DNA of 64,000 nucleotides from a virus: IMG/VR virus record IMGVR_UViG_3300031418_000005, positions 182,338 to 246,337 of that record; one strand, 5' to 3'. Shown piece by piece: positions 29,271 to 37,122 of this stretch (position 1 is its first letter; each line of letters starts with the position of its first letter). The notes under the pieces were generated by a model. It saw only the letters and a program-made list of their open reading frames with translations, ran no database searches and was not told where the DNA came from. The position numbers and the translations under genes were made by a program.

Positions 29271-30603
29271 TACTAAAGCACCGGCTCAAGAGCCTAAAAT
29301 CACCAAAACCTACCAGGTGGTGACCAACCTCTCCTGTAACCTCGACTGTGAATATTGCTACGAGCGTAAATATCCGCGTAACAATAAAGTCGATGACGCA
29401 GTAGACTTCATTCATGCGTGTTTCGACCGCGATCGTCACTTGACCAACGTCGAAGTTATCATTGACATTATCGGTGGTGAGCCGATGATGCAGCCGAAGA
29501 TTCTGAAAGCGGTGTTTGAAACGGCTGAAGAACTGGCGAAGCGTGATAACCGCGATGTCATCTTCTCTATCTCGACTAACGGGACATTGTTCGATAAGCC
29601 ACTGAACCGTGAGATTATCGAGCGCTGGCGTGACAAGCTGTCCATCGGTGTGTCTATCGATGGCCTGCCAGAAGTTCACGACCGTTACCGTATCTTCACC
29701 ACCACGCGTGAAGGGTCGTACGAAAAAGCCATGCGCGGGTATAACTACCTGAAATCGGTCGGTATCCTGGAGCTGGGTATCAAGGCAACCTTTACCTCTG
29801 AAACCCTGCCGAAGTACGCTGAGTCCATGAAGCACCTGATGGATGTCACCGGCGGTGGTACCATCTCGGGTAACGTGACGTACGAAGACATTCTGCCACG
29901 TACCATGGCGATGTCAATTGCACTCCAGATGATGGACGTGATTGACTACTGGTTTGAGAAAGGTTTCGAGAAAGACCCACGTAACCGTCTGACTCACATC
30001 TTCCCGGACGGCCTGGACTTTATGGCCACTTGGGACCCGGACTGGCGTCAAAAGCTCCTGGACGACGAAGCAACACGTCTGAACCCGGAGCGCGTCCGTC
30101 CGTTCTGCGGCACCGTAACCCACATGACCTGCCTGGGCTTCGACCGCAAGATTTACGGCTGTAACCGCTTTATGTCCACGGTCACCACCCGTCAGGCCAT
30201 CGCTGAACTGCGCGGGCGTGAAATCGTGAACATCGACAACAATAAGTTGTTGAACGAAATCCAAACACAGTACACCAACTACCCAGAAACCTGCCTGGGT
30301 TGTCCGATGAAGCACGCGTGTGGTAGTTGTGCCGCGGCATCATACGAGAACGGTGACGGGGAGATGGAAGACCGCAAAGCCTATCACGCTGAACGTCGCC
30401 AGTGTGGTTGGACAACCGCGAAACTGCTGGTTGCGGAATACTTCTACCAGAAAACCGGTACCACCCGTTATACCGATCTGAACGACAGGTCACAATGCTA
30501 CTGCGTGTCCTGTGTACGTGCCCGTAAAGAGGCAGCCGAGAAAACCCAATTAGGAGCACCAGCGAATGAAGTCGTTGCTGATTCACAATTTTACGAAGCG
30601 TAA
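29263..30603 (+). CDS. Radical SAM/SPASM peptide maturase-like protein, 446 aa
   Basis: CNLDCEYC, GGEP, STNG, SIDG..VHD; SPASM-type FCG..C..IYGC..CLGCPMKHACGSC..QC. Confidence 0.92.
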   Translation: MRDTKAPAQEPKITKTYQVVTNLSCNLDCEYCYERKYPRNNKVDDAVDFIHACFDRDRHLTNVEVIIDIIGGEPMMQPKILKAVFETAEELAKRDNRDVIFSISTNGTLFDKPLNREIIERWRDKLSIGVSIDGLPEVHDRYRIFTTTREGSYEKAMRGYNYLKSVGILELGIKATFTSETLPKYAESMKHLMDVTGGGTISGNVTYEDILPRTMAMSIALQMMDVIDYWFEKGFEKDPRNRLTHIFPDGLDFMATWDPDWRQKLLDDEATRLNPERVRPFCGTVTHMTCLGFDRKIYGCNRFMSTVTTRQAIAELRGREIVNIDNNKLLNEIQTQYTNYPETCLGCPMKHACGSCAAASYENGDGEMEDRKAYHAERRQCGWTTAKLLVAEYFYQKTGTTRYTDLNDRSQCYCVSCVRARKEAAEKTQLGAPANEVVADSQFYEA

Positions 30604-31156
30604 TCTTCACCTTGTTGCCGCGTTTATGCAAAAGCACGGCATGTACAACATCCACGCTATTGTGGAGCCGGACGCGTTCACTGATGAAGTGCGTCGTCTG
30701 TGCGTACGCTTCGGGCTGAACGTCATTCTGCCGCTGGACGGGGTTGAGAAAACCCACAATTCCATTGAGCAAGTGGAGAAGCGTAATCCGGGCTTCGAAC
30801 AGCGTGTTGCGGAATTCCCGCGCCACAAAATCGAAATCCTGCGTCGTTCTACGCAGAACCTGGATGTGGATAACCTGATTGGTCTGGCGTTAAACTGGGC
30901 TGACCCGGAGAATCCAGACGCCGCTGACCTCGTTGGGATTCGTGTGCGTGCCCTACGCTCCAATCATCAGTTCGATTCGTTTGGTGAAGAAATGCACCAG
31001 ACCTTTGTCTTCCAGGAACAGAACGGGGACTTGGCAGAGAAGATGAAGTTCATCTGGGGGGAGGAGCTGTCTGAGCACTTCCAACTGGTTGACTTCGGTC
31101 TGCTGATGGACCTCGGGTTAGCAGGAGAATCTGAATGCTTAGTAATGACGAGATAA
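30566..31156 (+). CDS. Hypothetical protein, possibly degenerate rSAM-fold, 196 aa
   Basis: The ORF track lists it as minus, but ATGAAGTCGTTGCTG.. (MKSLL) reads on the plus strand at 30566 after AGGAG, with TAA at 31154-31156; contains VILPLDGVEKTHN. Confidence 0.8.
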   Translation: MKSLLIHNFTKRNLHLVAAFMQKHGMYNIHAIVEPDAFTDEVRRLCVRFGLNVILPLDGVEKTHNSIEQVEKRNPGFEQRVAEFPRHKIEILRRSTQNLDVDNLIGLALNWADPENPDAADLVGIRVRALRSNHQFDSFGEEMHQTFVFQEQNGDLAEKMKFIWGEELSEHFQLVDFGLLMDLGLAGESECLVMTR

Positions 31157-31791
31157 AAGCCCGTTACTTCGAATTCGGTACCCCCATTGACCGGCATGGT
31201 AACTATGTTAACATTCTGGCGAAAGACGATGAGACCAAGCAGGGGTATTGTACTCTGCTTCACTATCATCTGTTAAACGGGGTGTCCGATAAAGCAGCCT
31301 TGAAAAAGCTGCGTGACTACGACCTCAGTGAACCGGAAGCCCAGTTCACGTTGCGTAAGGCCAAAGAGTTTATTGAGAAGGTGCTGGAGCTGCCGCTGGA
31401 TGAAATCCGCAAAGGCTTGACCTCGACGGTAAACTATCTCTATCAAGAGATTCAGCCTATCTATACGCGACTGGCTGAGAAGTACGAAGAGGAACGTCAC
31501 TCCAACCTGATGTTCCAGGGTGTGGTGTTGCAGGCCGATGAGAAATCACGCTCGGCATTAGCCAAATACATCCAGGCAGACATTGCCCCGGAGTATTGGG
31601 TGGATGCACAGAACAACCATCTCGATAACTTCGATTTGGCAGCGTGTAAAGCGGTACTGGCGGCGATTGTTGAGCGTGACGCCCAGCTGTTTGCGTCGAT
31701 GACTGAACTTAAGCGCAAAATCCGCACGTTGGCCGAGGCACAGGACTTTACCGGTATTAAATCGGTAGCGACTGAGAACGGCTTGCTGTAA
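31135..31791 (+). CDS. DUF4376-like protein (often tail-fibre-associated), 218 aa
   Basis: FQGVVLQADEKSR..YWVDAQNN..LAAIVERDAQLF resembles DUF4376; AGGAG RBS. Confidence 0.6.
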   Translation: MLSNDEIKARYFEFGTPIDRHGNYVNILAKDDETKQGYCTLLHYHLLNGVSDKAALKKLRDYDLSEPEAQFTLRKAKEFIEKVLELPLDEIRKGLTSTVNYLYQEIQPIYTRLAEKYEEERHSNLMFQGVVLQADEKSRSALAKYIQADIAPEYWVDAQNNHLDNFDLAACKAVLAAIVERDAQLFASMTELKRKIRTLAEAQDFTGIKSVATENGLL

Positions 31792-31807
31792 GCGGTAAAA
31801 TAAAACT

Positions 31808-31847
31808 GACCTACTACCGTTATCGGGTAGTAGGTCTTTTTCTTTTT
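31808..31847. terminator. Bidirectional terminator ending the rSAM cluster
   Basis: GACCTACTACC / GGTAGTAGGTC stem, T-tract on the right, A-rich on the left. Confidence 0.8.
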
Positions 31848-32352
31848 AACTGAATCCACCTAACTCGGCGTTACGCCACTGCAAGTTAATCTTCCCTTCG
31901 TTAACGACACGGGTAACAAACACCCCGTGCCATTTCAGATGGTTAGGGTTAATCGTGATGCGGATATCGGTATTCTTATCGTCCACGACCACGCGCGTCA
32001 CAGTGATTTCGCTGCTACTGAGTTTGTAGTTCGGTAACATCAAGTTGATCACCGATAACGCCTGTGCATCGTCCTCCCACAAGCTTGGTAAGTCTGATGT
32101 CGTCAACGTTGGGGTGTCTGCCCCATTCGGATGGGTGAAGTTAAACCGAAAATAATGGTATGCTTTGCTACCTGTAAACCGTTCACTGTCCGCCTTGGCC
32201 GTCAGGGTCAAAGACGTGTTGCGGGTGTCCCCAGAATCCGTGGGGGTGTATTCGGAAGGCGCACCGAAAGTGACGTCCGCGAGCGACAACCCAAGGTCTG
32301 GGTTTACTTCGTTGATCATATCGACAAACAGTTCTTCTAACGTCTTAGCCAT
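31846..32352 (-). CDS. Putative virion structural protein (RNT/YDR-domain family)
   Basis: RNTSLTLTA..FTGSK.YHYFR; C-terminal AELGGFS. Confidence 0.7.
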   Translation of the reverse strand: MAKTLEELFVDMINEVNPDLGLSLADVTFGAPSEYTPTDSGDTRNTSLTLTAKADSERFTGSKAYHYFRFNFTHPNGADTPTLTTSDLPSLWEDDAQALSVINLMLPNYKLSSSEITVTRVVVDDKNTDIRITINPNHLKWHGVFVTRVVNEGKINLQWRNAELGGFS

Positions 32353-32420
32353 ACTTCACTCCATGAGGTAAACAAAATAAAAAGCGGGAAGACCCTAAGG
32401 CCCTCCCGAGTTTTAAACCA

Positions 32421-32957
32421 TTAAGAAGCGGAGAAACCGTTGAGCTCACCGTCAGTAGTGCTGAGGTCAGTTTTAGTGATTTCTTGCGTAATGGTGTAGG
32501 TCGCCAGGGTTCCGGCGAGGAACTTGATGTGACCATCTTTGATGTCGACTTTGATAATTTTCTTACCAGCGTCGGCATCCGCGCCATCGGTACGGGTGAT
32601 GGTCAGCTCGGACAGTGCGAACTGGTCAACCGTATTTCCGGCAGCCGCAACGTCAGCGTTCAGGAACGCCAACACTTCTGCATCTGTATCCCAGTCAGCC
32701 TGGTCATCGGTGACCGCTTTCGCGCCAACGATGCTTGCAGCCAGACGGGTATAGTGCAGTTCTTTCTCACCGGTGAAGTGGGTGCTTTCCGCAACCGCTG
32801 TCAGGGTGAGTTTAGAGTTACGCGTGTCGCCGCCGTCAGCCGGAGTATAAGCTGCAACAGCACCAAACGTAACGTCTGCTTCGGCCAGTGCCTGAGGCAG
32901 GGAGGCGTTAGCAGTGTTAAACAGTGCAATCAATTGAGCCTTAGCAGATGTAGCCAT
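32421..32957 (-). CDS. Putative virion structural protein (RNT/YDR-domain family)
   Basis: RNSKLTLTA..FTGEKELHYTR; C-terminal DGELNGF; close paralog of 31846-32352. Confidence 0.75.
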   Translation of the reverse strand: MATSAKAQLIALFNTANASLPQALAEADVTFGAVAAYTPADGGDTRNSKLTLTAVAESTHFTGEKELHYTRLAASIVGAKAVTDDQADWDTDAEVLAFLNADVAAAGNTVDQFALSELTITRTDGADADAGKKIIKVDIKDGHIKFLAGTLATYTITQEITKTDLSTTDGELNGFSAS

Positions 32958-33094
32958 GGGTCTATTTCCTTTTTAAACGCATTTGGGGTGCATAAGAACA
33001 CAAATAAAAATCACGCTATTATTAGGTTTATATGACAATCCATCGTATTGTCGGGAAATAAAAATCAACCTTTTCACCTAACAGGAATCCCATC

Positions 33095-33610
33095 ATGACC
33101 AAGCACCTTATGTGCGTGCTCGCATTTATCGTCATGCTTTCAGGTTGTGCAATGAAAGCCAACGATAACGGCCAGTTCTCTACTGTGCCGGTAACCAACC
33201 ACGACATGGTCATCTACACCTGTACAGGCGTGGAAACCCAATTTGTTGATTACCGTCCTGTTGTTACGTCTATTGCTGTGATGCCTCGTGCGGTTACGGT
33301 TATGGATGTCGGCGCTAACTGGGTGGCAACCTGGGAAGGCGGTAAATTAGAAGCACCCCAGCTGTATAAAGATTTGCTTGGCAAGATTGATGGCAACATC
33401 GATACGGTGTCAGGAAAACGCTTCTATCGAACAAACGGGCTACTGACAGGTTCGCCGTCGTTTGATTATTCTACGGTCAATCCGTTGACAGGAAATGGAA
33501 GTGGTATGACATTCTTCCGCTGCACAGTAGGGCCAGTTGATACCCCTACAGTGCCGGTACTTATCACACCGTCTCCAAGCGAAACGACAGACAAAGTCGA
33601 CGCGAAATAA
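33095..33610 (+). CDS. Lipoprotein, 171 aa
   Basis: Signal peptide with lipobox LSG-C; Pro/Thr-rich C-terminus. Confidence 0.75.
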   Translation: MTKHLMCVLAFIVMLSGCAMKANDNGQFSTVPVTNHDMVIYTCTGVETQFVDYRPVVTSIAVMPRAVTVMDVGANWVATWEGGKLEAPQLYKDLLGKIDGNIDTVSGKRFYRTNGLLTGSPSFDYSTVNPLTGNGSGMTFFRCTVGPVDTPTVPVLITPSPSETTDKVDAK

Positions 33611-33614
33611 AAGA

Positions 33615-33646
33615 AACTACCCACTTCCGCAAAGGAGTGGGTAGTT
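33615..33646. terminator. Bidirectional terminator
   Basis: AACTACCCACT / AGTGGGTAGTT stem between convergent genes. Confidence 0.75.
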
Positions 33647-33727
33647 CTTTCTTTATTTGCCCTCTGTAAGCTCCTAGAACGCGTTCTAAGCGCTTTTAAT
33701 CCGTAAGATGATAAATGACCTTACAAA

Positions 33728-34369
33728 CTATTCGAGGGTCAGGAAGGCCCGTTTAATGTTTAAATACTTAACATTAACCGATTGGCCGTTGGTGATATCC
33801 ACACGTTCATGGTCAGGAATGGCGACTTCTACCTGGTCACGAATAAACAGGTAGTTGCGGTTGTAGCTAAGCGTTTTCTCCACACCGTGCTTATACACCA
33901 CACGGCTGTTATCATCCGTGTAAGATGGCCAGCCAAATTGGCGTACCGCCTCGTAGAATGACAACCGGATAAAACGTTCAACATTCAACGCTTCCATAAT
34001 CCGCAGGAACATTAAATCCGCGAAGTCTTTGTTGACCACGCGGGAAATGTCCCCAGCATCACCCAGTGGATACACTCCAGGGCTGCTGCATTTCTGATAG
34101 AACAAATCATGGACGCAAGCCGCAGCGGCCCATGGCCCATCCGGATGCAGGATAGGTTGGAGCGCTTCCGGGATGCTGGCCATGTCAGTCACAAATCCTT
34201 TCGGTGCAGTCACGTACAGTTCTTTGTCTGGATGTACCCCAGACAACCGTACCATTTCATCCAGTCCGCTCACGTCACGATAAAGCGATCGCAGTGTAAA
34301 CGCGAAATGGAAATCATCCGTGAGAACGAACCACGGTTTATCCAACACTTTATAATTTAACTTTTCCAT
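33728..34369 (-). CDS. DUF1353 domain protein
   Basis: APKGFVTDMASIP..P.GPWAAAACVHD.FY..AD.MF..IM motif. Confidence 0.8.
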   Translation of the reverse strand: MEKLNYKVLDKPWFVLTDDFHFAFTLRSLYRDVSGLDEMVRLSGVHPDKELYVTAPKGFVTDMASIPEALQPILHPDGPWAAAACVHDLFYQKCSSPGVYPLGDAGDISRVVNKDFADLMFLRIMEALNVERFIRLSFYEAVRQFGWPSYTDDNSRVVYKHGVEKTLSYNRNYLFIRDQVEVAIPDHERVDITNGQSVNVKYLNIKRAFLTLE

Positions 34370-34376
34370 ACACTGC

Positions 34377-34460
34377 CTACTGCACCACCCTGCGAAAGAG
34401 AATAGCGCGCAACAATTTCAGGAAGCCTGAGTCAGGCTTTTCCACCTTCGGGTTTTTCAT
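34377..34460 (-). CDS. Small cationic amphipathic peptide B, 27 aa
   Basis: Manual translation MKNPKVEKPDSGFLKLLRAILFRRVVQ; GGAG RBS 8 nt upstream; fills the gap before the DUF1353 gene. Confidence 0.5.
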   Translation of the reverse strand: MKNPKVEKPDSGFLKLLRAILFRRVVQ

Positions 34461-34536
34461 GACGTTTTCTCCGCAACGCAAATAACAGAGCACGTCCAAC
34501 TGCACGCATCAGCGTGACGAACCAGTTGGTTTTCAT
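34432..34536 (-). CDS. Small cationic amphipathic peptide A, 34 aa
   Basis: Manual translation MKTNWFVTLMRAVGRALLFALRRKRHEKPEGGKA; ATGA overlap with the endolysin stop. Confidence 0.55.
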   Translation of the reverse strand: MKTNWFVTLMRAVGRALLFALRRKRHEKPEGGKA

Positions 34537-35132
34537 TTTGAGCACATCCCGAGCTCTGCCACATAGTCCGGCATTTCGCGGTACACGCGGTCATACCAGC
34601 CGTACGTGAACTCTTCGTTCTGCACGCGCTTCTCGCTGATTTCCGTGTAGTAGGAAACCTGGTGACAGGTCAGGGCGAACATCAGACGGTTCAGGCCGTC
34701 GGCACCACGCGCTTTGATAAAGCCCGCCAGTGCGGTCAGGGTCAGCTGCCCAATCCCGCCATCGGCATCGATATCTGAGTAGAGTTTCCCCTGACGGTTC
34801 AGTACGTTCAGGATACGCTGCAGCGATTTGATGGCGTTAGCACGACCGGCGTTGATACCGAAGTCGAACAGACGGTCTGCCAGCATCACGTTCATGGCCA
34901 GAATCTGGTCAAGACGCATACGCTGCCACCATCCACGGTCATAGATGTCCAGCGCTTGCTCGACAGTCAGGTCACGCATGTTGCCTTTGTACCCGAACTC
35001 GCGTGCAGTCGCGATGGTAATCCCGTGATTGGTTTCACCACCCAGGTCGTTAGGGTTGTTCACGTAGCCTGCTTCAATCGCAGTCTTCGCACGGATAATA
35101 CCTTCTTTACTAAAACGAGCAACAGCAGCCAC
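34533..35132 (-). CDS. Endolysin, glycoside hydrolase family 108 with PG_binding_3 domain
   Basis: EAGYVNNPNDLGGETNHGIT, FDFGINAG, LQRILN, DGGIG..TL, F.YGW..R motifs. Confidence 0.92.
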   Translation of the reverse strand: MAAVARFSKEGIIRAKTAIEAGYVNNPNDLGGETNHGITIATAREFGYKGNMRDLTVEQALDIYDRGWWQRMRLDQILAMNVMLADRLFDFGINAGRANAIKSLQRILNVLNRQGKLYSDIDADGGIGQLTLTALAGFIKARGADGLNRLMFALTCHQVSYYTEISEKRVQNEEFTYGWYDRVYREMPDYVAELGMCSK

Positions 35133-35219
35133 AATGGCCTCCTTATAACTAACAACAATGGTTCATACCATGTCTGTAAAAAAAGAATACCCTCCCACCC
35201 GAAGGCGAGAGGGCACGAC

Positions 35220-36116
35220 TTATGGCAATAATTCCAGGACGATACACCAGTTGATGTTGCTGGTTTTTACCGTGGTTGCCAGCAGTTCCGGATTACCAGA
35301 GTTTGCGGTAGCACAGTTATTCGCGTCAGCGAGATGTGGCCCACCACAATAATCGATTGTGGAATAGTCGCTGAAACGCGGTTGGACTGTCGGGTCAGTC
35401 ACCGAGTTACTATCCTGGCGTAAACGGGCAAAAGTCCCTTTCCATTCGCTGTCGTTGAAATCCGTCTGCGCCGTCAGATACTGCGTGGTCGACTTCTCTG
35501 TCATGCGAATAGGGCGTACCAGGAATTGATACCCGCCGATTTCAATCACCGTTTTCTGATTTACCGCGCCTGCAGGCCCAGTAGGTAATTGCCCCACGCC
35601 GTCTTCCCCAAACAGAAACCCAGCATTATAGGCATTCTGGTAGTTGGAGTAGATAAGGCGGGTAGAGGGTGCAAACAACACTTTGCCTTTGTAGATAAAT
35701 TTATGCCAGCGGTCGGCACTGGTGACGAAGTTCAGTCCTGTGGTACTTTTCAATGCCGCCTGAATCTTGGCGACAACGTCAGCAGGCGACACCCAATCCG
35801 CGTTCATGATTTCGCCAAAGTACCCACGTACCCAATCGCCACGTAACACCGTCTTAGGCCCAGGCCCCAGGTTCGCGTAGTATCCAGCGGTCTGTTGTGC
35901 GGCAAAAGTCCGGTTGGTACCTTTAACCACCGCAACACGGTAGTAATAGGTGTTACCGTTTTTGACAGCGGTGTCTTCGTACGACCGGGCGGTTCCAGGC
36001 AAGGTGGCTATTGGCGTACCGGGATTGTTCTCGTCAATCGGACTGGTGCTGCGGTAGACTTCGATGGCATCAAGCGCCTGGTCGGATTGGTCATCCCAGT
36101 TGATTTTAATTCCCAC
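35220..36116 (-). CDS. Structural module 3, subunit C (FN3-like N-domain + GPG/GD domain)
   Basis: IKINWDDQ..IEVYR..YED..TYYYRV; GPGP..LRGDW..GYFG. Confidence 0.7.
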   Translation of the reverse strand: MGIKINWDDQSDQALDAIEVYRSTSPIDENNPGTPIATLPGTARSYEDTAVKNGNTYYYRVAVVKGTNRTFAAQQTAGYYANLGPGPKTVLRGDWVRGYFGEIMNADWVSPADVVAKIQAALKSTTGLNFVTSADRWHKFIYKGKVLFAPSTRLIYSNYQNAYNAGFLFGEDGVGQLPTGPAGAVNQKTVIEIGGYQFLVRPIRMTEKSTTQYLTAQTDFNDSEWKGTFARLRQDSNSVTDPTVQPRFSDYSTIDYCGGPHLADANNCATANSGNPELLATTVKTSNINWCIVLELLP

Positions 36117-36127
36117 GAGTGCGCTCC

Positions 36128-37114
36128 TTATTTAGCTGTCTTCGGGAGAGTAAAGGTTTCACCGACGCGACCGACATACTCGACCACCGGCACCCAAGGT
36201 GAATTCACTGACTTGGCACGCGCATACAGACTCTGGAGATTTTCTCGGGAGTAGTTCGCGTTATCGTAACCTGGCGAGGCGCGCACCAGCGTATTGGTGT
36301 TCAATGCTTCCTGGCACCACATACCGTACCCACTGCGATCGCTGTAACGGCCCGTTGGAATAATGTTACGGGCATTGACGTAATCAACGGTGACTAAGCG
36401 TTGACGCAACGGTGCGATGTTTACCATCGGGTAAATGAAGTCTTCAAACTCCGAGTACACGCCTTGCGCTGCAGGCAGTGTGTTCAGATCGATAGTCGAA
36501 CCATCCCACGTTAATCCATCCGGCATCCCTTTCATCAGCCTGACCAGGAATGTCTCCCCGTTCAGGTTAAAGGTGACCAACTGGTTCACCGTCCCAACTG
36601 GACTCCCACCCCCAACATCATCCGTCCCGTAAACCAGTCCAGCATTGTACAAATTCTGCCAGGTAGTATCACCAAAAGAAGCGGCCGGGACAAACACCAC
36701 TTTCCCGTTACGGGTATACTTGTACCACGTCGGGTAAATAATCGCGCTTGGGATACCAGAAACGACCTTTAATGCACTGTAAATGACAGAGCTGTTGATA
36801 AAGTCTGCAGCTGAAACCGTGCCGTAAAAGCCGTAGGATTCGTCACCAAATTGCAGCAAGTTAGAGCCTGGCCCACGACGGTCAGAGACTTCAATTTTCT
36901 GCGGACGAGAAACAACGCGGTCACTGTCAGAGTTCACGGCCCAGACGTAGTAGTACGTTTTACCAAACAGGGCCGTGGTATCAATCCACGACGTCTCGGT
37001 ACCGTCCACGGTTTTCAGCGGTGTGGTTAAGTCCACCTGGGCTGTATCGCCACGATAAATGTCAATTGTGGTGGCTACCGTGTTTGGGTTCTTCCAGAGA
37101 AGTTTAAGTGCCAT
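36128..37114 (-). CDS. Structural module 3, subunit B
   Basis: LKLLWKNPN..IDIYR..WID..TYYY; RGPG..FGD..GFYG. Confidence 0.7.
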   Translation of the reverse strand: MALKLLWKNPNTVATTIDIYRGDTAQVDLTTPLKTVDGTETSWIDTTALFGKTYYYVWAVNSDSDRVVSRPQKIEVSDRRGPGSNLLQFGDESYGFYGTVSAADFINSSVIYSALKVVSGIPSAIIYPTWYKYTRNGKVVFVPAASFGDTTWQNLYNAGLVYGTDDVGGGSPVGTVNQLVTFNLNGETFLVRLMKGMPDGLTWDGSTIDLNTLPAAQGVYSEFEDFIYPMVNIAPLRQRLVTVDYVNARNIIPTGRYSDRSGYGMWCQEALNTNTLVRASPGYDNANYSRENLQSLYARAKSVNSPWVPVVEYVGRVGETFTLPKTAK

Positions 37115-37122
37115 GTTTTCAC

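Noticed and set aside
11909-31791. Diversity-generating retroelement acting on the fibres
   Set aside because: I saw no reverse-transcriptase motif (YxDD) and no TR/VR-type near-duplicate.
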